Source of the DNA: Candidatus Latescibacterota bacterium
GTDB taxonomy: Bacteria; Latescibacterota; UBA2968
Assembly (NCBI GenBank): GCA_965208125.1
Contig: OZ242320.1
Location: 2,240,001-2,304,000, forward strand
Direction: 5' to 3'
Length of the DNA: 64,000 nucleotides
Shown: positions 1 through 10,766 of the stretch, one piece after another
Numbering within the stretch: position 1 is the first letter of the stretch
Layout of the letters: the number at the start of each line of letters is the position of its first letter
Position numbers and translations under genes: made by a program
The notes under the pieces: model-generated
What the model saw: only the letters and a program-made list of their open reading frames with translations
Told to the model about the DNA's origin: nothing
Database searches by the model: none

Positions 1-1
1 G

Positions 2-85
2 GAGGCGTGCGGGTGGACGACGGGGCGAGAGACGGTGGGGATTCTGGATCTGAATGCGATGGATGTGGAGATTGTGGATTTGTAG
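2..85 (+). CDS. 3' end of a probable metallophosphoesterase (YfcE/MJ0936-like), partial
   Basis: Frame 2 reads EACGWTTGRETVGILDLNAMDVEIVDL*, resembling the (NPG)EACGW..G..T C-terminus of this family; truncated by the window edge. Confidence 0.5.
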   Translation, partial: EACGWTTGRETVGILDLNAMDVEIVDL

Positions 86-98
86 GGGGAGGTGCAAT

Positions 99-1913
99 AT
101 GAGCGCGCATATCGACGGTATTGTGGCGCTGATGCCCAGAGAGCCTGGTGTGTACATGATGAAGGGCGACGAGGGGCAGATTATTTATATCGGCAAGGCG
201 AAGGTGTTGCGCAGCCGGGTGCAGCAGTATTTTCGTCCGAATGCCCATGATGGGCGGCGGCAGTTTCGGGCGCTCGTTCGCAATGTGCGCGATCTGGAAT
301 ATATTGTTACGGATACGGAGTTGGAGGCGTTGATTTTAGAGGCGAATTTGATCAAGGCGCACAAGCCGCGTTACAATATCAGTTTGAAGGACGATAAGAA
401 GTATCCGTATATCCGCATTACAAAGGAGGTGTTTCCCCGCGTTGTGGTGACGCGCGATGTGGTGAAGGATGGGTCGCGCTATCTGGGTCCTTATACGGAT
501 GTGAAGGCGATGCGGCGGATGGTGGAGACGATGCACCGGTTGTTTCGGATCCGGAGTTGTGATTACGATTTGCCAAAGGCCAATGTGCGGCTGTGTCTGG
601 ATTACGAGATCAAGCGGTGCGACGGGCCCTGCGAGGGGTTGATTGTGGCAGAGGCGTATCAGAAGATTGTGGCAGAGGCGGTGTTGTTTTTGACGGGGCG
701 GCATACGCAGGTGAAGGTGACGCTTGAAGAGCGGATGAAGCGGGCGGCAGAGGCGCTGCGGTACGAGGAGGCGGCGATTTATCGGGATCGCATCCGGGCA
801 TTGGAACAGGCTGCGAGCCGGCAAAAGGTGGTGTCTAATGAGTTGACGGATTGGGATGCGATTGCGATTGCGCGAGAAGATGATGAGGCTTGTGGGGTGG
901 TGATGGAGGTGCGCGATGGGCGGTTGATCGGGCGACAGAATTATTTTCTCGGCGGGGTGCTGGATGCGTCTGAGGAGGAGGTGGTTTCAAAATTTGTGCA
1001 GTTGTTTTACACGACGGCTACTTTTGTGCCGCGCGAGGTGTGCTTGCCTTGTGATATCGAGGATCGGGAGACGGTGCTCGATTGGCTTACAGAGCGTTCA
1101 GAGGGCGGGGTTGAGATGCGCGTGCCCCAGCGGGGGGATAAGTTCCGGTTGATGAAGATGGCGGAGAATAATGCGCGGTTGTTGTTGACAGAGCGGCGGT
1201 TGAAGCGCGAGAATCGCAGGTCGCAAGCGCCGGCAGCGGTGCAGGCGCTTCAACGCGATTTGCATCTGGAGAAGCCGCCGCGGTGGATTGAGGCGGTGGA
1301 TATTTCAAATATTCAGGGGTCGGATCCGGTGGCGTCGCTGGTGTGTTTTGTGGATGGCAGGGCGCGGAAGCGCGAGTACCGGCATTTTAAAATTACGGGG
1401 TTGGAGGGGCCCAATGATTTTGCGATGATGCAGCAGGTGGTGACGCGGCGGTTTAAGCGGTTGATGGAGGAGGGCAAGCCTTTTCCGGATTTGCTGCTGG
1501 TTGACGGGGGTAAAGGTCAGCTTTCGAGCGTGGTTGAGGCGTTGAAAGCGTTGGGGATTGAAGATCAGCCGGTGATTGGGCTGGCGAAGCGGTTGGAGGA
1601 GGTGTTTTTGCCGGGGTTGTCCGATCCGCAGAATATTCCGAAGTCGTCTTCGTCGTTGAAGTTGTTGCAGATGTTGCGCGATGAGTCGCACCGGTTTGCG
1701 ATTGCATATCACCGCAAGTTGCGCGATAAGCGGACGCTGACGTCGGAGTTGGATGAGATTCCCGGGGTGGGTCCGTCGAGGCGCGTCGCTCTGTTGAAGC
1801 ATTTTGGTTCGGTGAAGCGGATCCGAGAAGCAGAGGTTGAAGAGGTGGCAGAGGTCGAGGGGGTAGGGCTGAGGCTGGCGGAGGTGATTTGTGAAGGGTT
1901 GAAGAAAATGTAG
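99..1913 (+). CDS. uvrC: Excinuclease ABC subunit C
   Basis: GIY-YIG (PGVY..IYIGKAK), UVR, RNase H-like (AVDIS, VDGGKGQ) and HhH (IPGVG) regions; start moved to ATG 99 after GGAGG. Confidence 0.97.
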   Translation: MSAHIDGIVALMPREPGVYMMKGDEGQIIYIGKAKVLRSRVQQYFRPNAHDGRRQFRALVRNVRDLEYIVTDTELEALILEANLIKAHKPRYNISLKDDKKYPYIRITKEVFPRVVVTRDVVKDGSRYLGPYTDVKAMRRMVETMHRLFRIRSCDYDLPKANVRLCLDYEIKRCDGPCEGLIVAEAYQKIVAEAVLFLTGRHTQVKVTLEERMKRAAEALRYEEAAIYRDRIRALEQAASRQKVVSNELTDWDAIAIAREDDEACGVVMEVRDGRLIGRQNYFLGGVLDASEEEVVSKFVQLFYTTATFVPREVCLPCDIEDRETVLDWLTERSEGGVEMRVPQRGDKFRLMKMAENNARLLLTERRLKRENRRSQAPAAVQALQRDLHLEKPPRWIEAVDISNIQGSDPVASLVCFVDGRARKREYRHFKITGLEGPNDFAMMQQVVTRRFKRLMEEGKPFPDLLLVDGGKGQLSSVVEALKALGIEDQPVIGLAKRLEEVFLPGLSDPQNIPKSSSSLKLLQMLRDESHRFAIAYHRKLRDKRTLTSELDEIPGVGPSRRVALLKHFGSVKRIREAEVEEVAEVEGVGLRLAEVICEGLKKM

Positions 1914-1955
1914 GGGCGACCCTTGTGGTCGCCCGTTTTTTGATGGTCATACACC

Positions 1956-2876
1956 ATGTCTATAAACCAGATACAAATTGCCCCTGAGTTGGAACGAGCG
2001 TTGCAGCGGTTTCTCGATTCTGTGACGCTGGAGCGCGGGTTGTCGGATAATACGGCAAGTGCATATCAACGCGATTTGTGCCGGTATTTGACGCTGTTGA
2101 CGGATTTGGGGATCGATGCGCCGGATGCGATTTCTCAGGCGGAGGTGTCCGCGCTGTTGGATTTGCTTTCGGAGATGGGGCTGGAGGCGTCGAGTGTGGC
2201 GCGCAATTTGACGGCGGTGCGGATGTTTCACAGGTTTTTGATGGGGGAGGGTCTCGCGCGCAGGGATCCGACGGAGCATTTGAAGCCGCCTAAGTTGGGG
2301 CGGAAGTTGCCGTCGGTGCTGAATATTTACGAGGTTGAGCGGTTGATGCTGGCGCCGGATGTGGAGACGCCGCTGGGGTTGCGCGATCGCGCGCTTATAG
2401 AGATGCTTTATGGGGCGGGGTTGCGGGTGTCGGAGTTGATCGGGTTGTCGCTGGTGGATTTGCTGTTTGACGTAGAGGTAATTCGGGTGCTGGGCAAGGG
2501 CGGGCGCGAGCGCGTGGTGCCGATTGGGTCAGAGGGTATTGAGTGGGTGTCTGAGTATTTGGATGCGGTGCGTCCAGGTCTGGCTAAGCCGCGTACGGGG
2601 TCCGAGGTATTTTTGAATTTTCGCGGTGGTCCGTTGTCGCGGATGGGCGTGTGGAAGTTGCTGAGGCAATACGTGGTTCTGGCGGGGTTGGAGAAGAAGG
2701 TGAGTCCGCATACGTTGCGGCATTCTTTTGCGACGCATTTGCTGGAGGGGGGCGCAGATTTGCGGGCGGTGCAAGAGATGCTGGGGCACGCGGATATTTC
2801 AACGACGCAGATTTATACCCATGTCGATCGGGAGTATTTGAAGGAGGTGCATCGGACGTTTCATCCGAGAGCTTAA
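1956..2876 (+). CDS. xerD: Site-specific tyrosine recombinase XerD
   Basis: RDRA..LYGAGLRVSEL, HTLRHSFATHLL.GGADLR.VQEMLGH, TTQIYTHV, HPRA terminus. Confidence 0.92.
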   Translation: MSINQIQIAPELERALQRFLDSVTLERGLSDNTASAYQRDLCRYLTLLTDLGIDAPDAISQAEVSALLDLLSEMGLEASSVARNLTAVRMFHRFLMGEGLARRDPTEHLKPPKLGRKLPSVLNIYEVERLMLAPDVETPLGLRDRALIEMLYGAGLRVSELIGLSLVDLLFDVEVIRVLGKGGRERVVPIGSEGIEWVSEYLDAVRPGLAKPRTGSEVFLNFRGGPLSRMGVWKLLRQYVVLAGLEKKVSPHTLRHSFATHLLEGGADLRAVQEMLGHADISTTQIYTHVDREYLKEVHRTFHPRA

Positions 2877-2884
2877 AGGCAAGG

Positions 2885-2940
2885 AAGAAGTGTGAAGTAG
2901 GAAGTGTGAAGTAGGAAGTGTGAAGTAGGAAGTGTGAAGA
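2885..2940 (+). repeat. GAAGTGT/GAAGTAG heptamer tandem array
   Basis: Alternating gaagtgt/gaagtag units downstream of xerD; same family at 24519, 41707, 49617 and 52031. Confidence 0.9.
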
Positions 2941-3075
2941 TGAATTGATGAAAAAATAGGTGCTTTCATGGCCTCTGAAGGAGGCGTGGTTTTATATTGC
3001 GGGAGAAATATTTTACTTTATTTTTCCTTTATTCGCAGTTGTCATAGAAAAAACCATTTTACAAGGGAGGTTGTT

Positions 3076-4690
3076 ATGTTTCGAGATGTTTGTCGCGTGT
3101 TCGTGCTGGCACTGGTGGCTGGCGCGCTGTGGATTGGTGGCAATGCACAGATCACGAGTTCTTCCGCGATGGCCGCCGATGACGAGGATGCGCTCACAAA
3201 AGCTTATGTAATGAAGGCTATTGAGCGTTACCAGCGCGATGGGCGGGAAGCCACGCTCGCAACACTACAGTAGCCGAGAAAGTATCGAAGGCGAGCGGTT
3301 CATGTATATCATTGACCCGCAGCAAAGCGTCATACTGGCAAGTGGTTTATCCGCAGGCGTCGGTGCGCCCGCGCCCGCCCTCGGTCCAGTCACTCCGGAA
3401 GGCATCTGGATGGATCATCAAAGTATTCATCCCATAACCCGACAGTTAGGCCCCAAGCGCAGCTTCCTCATTCGGCACGATGATCTCGTTTTCATGGCCG
3501 GGCATTTCACGCTGCAAGAAAATCTGGCCGACGTCACCCGCAATTACATCGCCAAAGCGATCGCGCATTACGGCCGCGAGGGCCTGGAAGCGACCATCGC
3601 GTATTACAACAGCCGGGAAAGCGTGGATGGGCATTTTTATTTGTTCCTCATCGGGGCCGATGATCTCTACCTGGCACATCCCATTTTCCCGCACCTGATC
3701 GGTACGGACATCAAGGACGTGGTGGGTTCGGACGGTTACGAACTGGGGAAGGAAATCGCCAAGGCGACCGCGGAAGGCCATTGGGTGGAATACCTGTGGC
3801 CGAACCCGGTAACGCTGCAGGAAGAACACAAGGCGGCCTGGGTGGTGCGCCACGACGGGCTGATCTTCGCCTCGGGCTACTACACGTCAGACACCGAGGC
3901 CGGGTCGCCGCCCTGGCAGGGTGCCGACCCGCGGGAGTACACCGTGGCGTACGTGCAACGGGCCATTGAACGCTACAAGAGCGATGGCCTGGAGGCGATG
4001 AGGGCCTACTACAACAGCGTGGCCTCCATTGAGGGCGAGTGGTATTTGTTCGCCACCGACGCGGACGACATCTATCACGTCCACCCGCTGATTCCCAGAC
4101 TGATCGGTACGGACCTCAAGGATGTGGTGGGTTCCGATGGCTACGAACTGGGCAAGGCGCTGGTCAAGGCGGAGGAAGGCGTGGGCGTTTGGGTGGAATA
4201 CCTGTGGCCGCATCCGGTGACGCTGGTGGAGGTTCCCAAGGTGGGCTACGCCATTCGGCACGATGAGCTGCTTTTCGCTTCGGGCTATTACCCTGCCCCA
4301 GAGAGTCCCGAAGCGGGCACTAAGGCATACGTGCAGGCTGCCATAGACAAGTACAAACAGAATGGCCTGGAAGCTACAGTCGCCTACTACGGCAGCCGGG
4401 AGAGCATCGAAGGCCAATCGTCCCTGTTCATGGTTGACGAGGATGGCCGCGTCGCTGTCTTCCTCGTTGCGCCCGGAGCGGTGGGTCTCAAAATCGAGAA
4501 CATTAAGGTACCCAGCACCGGATTTGAACTTGGCAAAGAAATAGTGCGTGCGACCGAGGCAGGGCACTGGATTCACTACCAGCGGCCCAACGTGAGAACC
4601 GGCGTAATCCTGGATGCACATGCATGGGTGATTCGCTACGATGGCCTGATTTTCGGGTCGAGCTATTTTGGCGAACCGGCGGACGATTGA
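3076..4690 (+). pseudogene. Secreted multi-Cache-domain protein with a +1 frameshift near 3261 (or a sequence error)
   Basis: GGAGG plus ATG 3076 and a signal peptide; four repeats of YV.KAI..Y...G.EA..AYY...W.EYLWP.P....K..W..R.DGLIF.SGYY; removing one A in gcaacactac joins the two ORFs (ATLAHYSSRES). Confidence 0.75.
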
Positions 4691-4729
4691 GTTGCTCATA
4701 AAGCCTTAGCAGGCGACAAAACGCCATCG

Positions 4730-4762
4730 CTCATGGCTGCGTTTGGGGGCGTAGCCATGAGC
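4730..4762. repeat. Intergenic hairpin
   Basis: ctcatggctgcg-tttgggg-gcgtagccatgag inverted repeat. Confidence 0.55.
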
Positions 4763-4806
4763 AGCTTTAACCGTTTTTGCACCACGCAATATTAGAGGAT
4801 GTATTC

Positions 4807-6547
4807 ATGGCGGAAGTCAGGCAGGTAAATGAGGGTATTCGCTACGAACCAGAGGACAAATGTCCCCGGTCTGTAGCCATACTCTCTGCCGTTCAGATGG
4901 CATCGCCAAATATCGTCATGGTCGTGGTGTTTACGACTGTGGTCATTCGATCATCGGGCGAGACCGGGGCCTATTTGCCGTGGGCCGTGTTTATGGCCTT
5001 GATAACGTGCGGATTCACGTCAATTATTCAGGCTTTCCGCGGTCGAATTGGGACTGGACTTCTCATTTTGACGGGTTTCAATATCCCTTTTATTGCGATC
5101 TCTACGCTTGCCTTAGAAAAAGGCGGACCGGGCTTGCTGGCGATTTTGACCGTTGTCTCGACGCTCGTTCAGTTGGTGCTCACGATGTACCTTCCGCTGT
5201 TGCGCCGAATATTTACGCGAACCGTCAGTGGCACGATCGTTATGTTGGTCGCAGCTACGGCAGCTCCCTTCCTGTTTAACGATGTTGTGAAATCGACACA
5301 GGATTTGCCCGTTGATCGCGTTATCGCGACCCTGACAATATCTTTGCTTGTTGGGGTACTGATAATTTTGCGTGCGCCACAGATCTGGCGGCTGTGGATA
5401 GTCGGTATCACCATTTTGGCGGGTCTGATTGTCGCAGTGCCTTTGGGGTTGTACGATAACAGCGGTGTGGTCGAAGCTGCCTATATTGGTTTTCCCGTTC
5501 CCGTCTGGGAAGGTTTGGATTTGACCTTTGGCGTTGAATTTTGGGGACTTCTGCCGGCTTTTATCTTTGTCGGTTTGGTGACTTTTGTGAAGGCTGTTGG
5601 GGATATTGGCGTGATCCAAAGAGCTTCGCACCGAGAGGTACAGGCACAGGATTTCAGAGTTGTTCAAGGCGGTCTCAATGCCTACTCCGTGGGCAATTTG
5701 ATCGTGGGCTTTCTGGGCATTCCCTCTGCCACGACGCCCTGGGCACTCACTGCAACGTATGTCTCTCTTACAGGCGTGGCTACGCGGATGGTGGGTGTGT
5801 ACATGGGGTTGTTTTATGATCGGGGTGGCATTTTTGCCCAAGTTGGGGGCTTTTCTCATTGCGATTCCGAGTCCGGTTCTGGCGGCTGTCTATATCATCG
5901 TATTTGGTGGGCTTTTCGTGGAAGGGGCAAAGGTGGCGTTCGATGATAAGATTGATCATCGCAAGAGTATCGTCATCGCGGTATCGATAATGGTTGGGCT
6001 TTCTTCTGGGAGTATTGCTGGATTTTTTGACGGGTTTGTGCACGAGTTGCTCGATAGCGGGGTTACGGTGGGAAGCCTGACGGTTATTGGCATGACGCTT
6101 TTGGTGGAACTGACCGGTTCGCGGCGGAGAAAAATTCAAGTACCGCTGGAGTTGTCTGCATTGCCCGCGATTGACGAGTTTCTCGTTGCGTTTGCCGAGA
6201 AATACGGTTGGACGGAGAGCGGGCAATACCGCCTGCGTTCGGTAGGGGAAGAGATGCTGGTGAGTCTTGTGACGCAGGATGAAAAGGAATCTTCCAGTAC
6301 ACCGCGGCAACTGATCATGGGTATTCGCATGGATGATGGGGTAGCAGAGGTTGAATTTCTGGCGGCTTCGGATGGTGAGAATATCGAAGACCAGATCGCG
6401 TATTTGGGTGAGGATGCGTATGCCGAGGATGATCACGAGTTTTCGATCCGGCTTTTGCGGCATTACGCTTCATCTGTGCATCATCGGAAGTATGAGGGGA
6501 TCGATGTTATTACGGCTCGGGTGGAGAATGCGATTTTGCGTTCATAA
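4807..6547 (+). pseudogene. NCS2 (xanthine/uracil) permease with a C-terminal RsbW/HATPase-like domain, +1 frameshift near 5812
   Basis: Multi-TM protein with permease motifs (TGVATR.VG, PKLGAF..AIP.PV); removing one T in ttgttttatg joins the ORFs (VYMGLFMIGVAF); soluble C-terminal tail. Confidence 0.72.
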
Positions 6548-7672
6548 GGTGAGAAATTTCGGATAGGTCGTCAGGTTTTCGAGTCCGTCTTCGGTGACGA
6601 CGGCGAGGTCTTCGATGCGTACGGCGCCGCGTCCGGGGTAGTAGAGGCCCGGTTCAACGGTGACGATGTGCCCGGCGCAGAGGGTTTGTGGGGTTTTGCC
6701 GATGCGCGGGGGTTCGTGGATTTCGAGGCCCAGGCCGTGGCCGGTGCCGTGGAAGAATCCCTGCATGCGGCCGTCTATGTTGCCGGTTTCGAAGTTGCGG
6801 TTTTCAAAGAGTTCTGTGAGTGCCCGGTGGATGGCCTGGCCGTCTGCGTCTGCGCGGATGCTGTCGAGGACGAGGTTCTGTCCGGCGAGGACCGCGTCGT
6901 AGATGTTCTGGAGTTCGGCAGAGGGTTCGCCTTTGACGACGGTGCGGGTGAGGTCGGCGAAGTAGCCAGTGGTGTTTGAGCGGGGGAAGATGTCGATGAT
7001 GATGGATTGGTGCGCGTGGAGTGGTCCGGTGCCTTCGTTGTGGGGGTCGCAGGCCTGGTCGCCGCCGGCAACGATGGTGTGACCGGCTGTGCAGTCGCGT
7101 TCGAGGAGGAGAAATTTTATTGCGCGTTTGACGGTTTCCGATGTGAGGGGTTCGCCGTTGTGGTAGAGGCGGTCGCCGCGGATTTCCGAGTTGCGGATGA
7201 GGGTTATGGCGGCGTCCATTGCGGCTTCGGTGTGTTGCTGGACTTCGCGGATGTGTTCGATTTCATCAGGGGTTTTGATTTCCCGGTCGGGCCAATACGC
7301 GCCTTCTGGAAATGCCACTGTGTATCCGCGTTCGCGCAAGTCGTCTGCCGTGGCGATGGCAAAGGCGCGGGGGACGTTCAGGTGGGTGATGTTTTTTTCC
7401 TGTAGTACTTCGTGTAAGGCATCGATTTGAGAGGGTTCTTCGTCGGTGTCGTTTTTTTTTGCTTTTTCCTGGTATTCGGATAGGGAGAGTACATGATCGA
7501 CCTGGGCTTGCGCGCGCGCGCGGTCGCGTTCGAGGTCGGACATGAGGAGGTGTTTTTGGGCGCCGATTTGAAAGAAGATGAAGGGGTCGGGCGCGAGAAA
7601 GCGCGTGGCGTAATACATGTCGGCGTCGGTTTCGCTGGCGGCTATCATGAGCCGCGCTTCGGGGGTGCTCAT
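6542..7672 (-). CDS. Xaa-Pro peptidase (M24 family)
   Basis: GYFADLTRT, HGTGHGLGLEIHE, TVEPGLY, RIED. Confidence 0.93.
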   Translation of the reverse strand: MSTPEARLMIAASETDADMYYATRFLAPDPFIFFQIGAQKHLLMSDLERDRARAQAQVDHVLSLSEYQEKAKKNDTDEEPSQIDALHEVLQEKNITHLNVPRAFAIATADDLRERGYTVAFPEGAYWPDREIKTPDEIEHIREVQQHTEAAMDAAITLIRNSEIRGDRLYHNGEPLTSETVKRAIKFLLLERDCTAGHTIVAGGDQACDPHNEGTGPLHAHQSIIIDIFPRSNTTGYFADLTRTVVKGEPSAELQNIYDAVLAGQNLVLDSIRADADGQAIHRALTELFENRNFETGNIDGRMQGFFHGTGHGLGLEIHEPPRIGKTPQTLCAGHIVTVEPGLYYPGRGAVRIEDLAVVTEDGLENLTTYPKFLTL

Positions 7673-7683
7673 TATCTATATCC

Positions 7684-9159
<1,476 letters not shown>

Positions 9160-9243
9160 GGTGGGTACTCCTTTTTTCAGGGTGTGCAATTTCTATTTTC
9201 GACGGTTTAGACCCACAACCCTATTGGATGGTTCCGAGAAATT

Positions 9244-10764
9244 CTACAAATCGTATTGATCAATCTTTCTATACAGTGTGCGCACGGCCATGCCCAGTAG
9301 TTTTGCGGTGCGTTCGCGATGCCCGCCGGTTGCGCGCAGGGCATTGGCGATGGCTTCGCGTTCGAGTTCTCTCAAGGGGCGTATGTCTTCTTCGGTAGGT
9401 GCAGGTTTTAAACCTGCACCTGCGGTTTCTTTGATTTCTGTGTCTTCTATAGGTGTGTCATAGACGGGTAGGACGGGTGTTGGTGTATTTTGTACAGGCG
9501 TTTGCATGTGTTGCGTTAAATAGGCTTTGAGTTCTTTGACGTCTTTGGCGACTTCGAGTATGGCCCAGTAGAGCAGGTCGCGATCGGATTCTGCAGGTGT
9601 TTTGCCCGCGAGGACGGGCAGATAAGACGGTTCGGTTACGGGGGATGTGTCGAGGTATTGCGCGAGGTCCAGGGCGGATATGTGTCGGGTTTTGGATAGG
9701 ACCATGAGGCGTTCGATGAGGTTGATGAGTTCTCGGACATTGCCCGGCCAGTGGTATTGCTGGAGTGCGTTCATCGCGTCGGGTGCGAATTCAATGGGGG
9801 GCATGCGCAGTTCGTCGCTTTGTTTTTGGATGATGTTTTGCGCGATGAGGGGGATGTCCTGAGGGTGGGCACGCAGGGGGGGCATTTCGATTTCGATGAC
9901 GCGAAGGCGCTGGTAGAGGTCTTGCCGAAATTTGCCTTCGGCAACGGCTTGTTGCAGGTTGCGGTTGGTGGCGGCTATGACGCGGACGTCAACGGCTATT
10001 GGGGTGGTGCTGCCCAGGCGGGTGACTTCTTTGGCGTCGAGGACGCGCAATAAGCGCACCTGTGCAGAGAGGGACATTTCGCCGATTTCATCGAGGAAGA
10101 CGGTGCCGCGGTTGGCGGCTTCAAAGATGCCGGAGCGCTGCGTGCGCGCGTCGGTAAATGCGCCTTTTTCGTGGCCGAAGAGTTCGCTTTCGAGGAGGGT
10201 TTCGGGGATTGCGCCGCAGTTGATGATGAGAAATGGTCCGCCGCTGCGCGCGCTTTGCCGGTGGATGGCTTCGGCGATGAGGTTTTTTCCGGAGCCGCTT
10301 TCTCCTGTGATGAGTACGCTGACGGGGGTGGGCGCGATTTGTGCGATGCTTTCCCGGATTTGTTGCATGGCGTCCGAGCGGCCGAGGATGGCGGTGTCGG
10401 GCGGGGTGCGTTTTTGCGTCAGGGCGTCCTGCAATTCTGCGGGGATGAGGGGATAGGAGAGCAGGGCATCGGGGTATAGTGCGGGGGCTGTTTGGAGTTG
10501 TGTGCCGTCGTGTGTGGTGATGATGAAGACGGGGATTTTTTCAGGTCGGTCAGATAATATGTCGGCGAATTGCACTTCGGGCAATGTGGTTTCGTCCAGG
10601 ATGAGCAGGTCAAACTGGTTTTCCGAGAGCAGTTTTCTGGCGGGGCGCACGCTGTTGGTGACGAGGGTTTGCCAGCCGAGTTCTTCGAGCGCGGCGCGCA
10701 GGTCCCGGCCCAGTGCAGTGGGCTGATCGACGATGATGAGGGCTTCTTTTTGGTCGGTGGGCAT
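9244..10764 (-). CDS. Sigma54-dependent transcriptional activator (receiver-like, AAA+, Fis HTH)
   Basis: GESGSGKN, ESELFGHEKGAFTDA, FLDEIGE, WPGNVREL, C-terminal TLYRK. Confidence 0.92.
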   Translation of the reverse strand: MPTDQKEALIIVDQPTALGRDLRAALEELGWQTLVTNSVRPARKLLSENQFDLLILDETTLPEVQFADILSDRPEKIPVFIITTHDGTQLQTAPALYPDALLSYPLIPAELQDALTQKRTPPDTAILGRSDAMQQIRESIAQIAPTPVSVLITGESGSGKNLIAEAIHRQSARSGGPFLIINCGAIPETLLESELFGHEKGAFTDARTQRSGIFEAANRGTVFLDEIGEMSLSAQVRLLRVLDAKEVTRLGSTTPIAVDVRVIAATNRNLQQAVAEGKFRQDLYQRLRVIEIEMPPLRAHPQDIPLIAQNIIQKQSDELRMPPIEFAPDAMNALQQYHWPGNVRELINLIERLMVLSKTRHISALDLAQYLDTSPVTEPSYLPVLAGKTPAESDRDLLYWAILEVAKDVKELKAYLTQHMQTPVQNTPTPVLPVYDTPIEDTEIKETAGAGLKPAPTEEDIRPLRELEREAIANALRATGGHRERTAKLLGMAVRTLYRKIDQYDL

Positions 10765-10766
10765 GG

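Noticed and set aside
1956-2876. Tyrosine recombinase as a prophage or integron integrase
   Set aside because: It has canonical XerD motifs, no IntI insertion, and a housekeeping context
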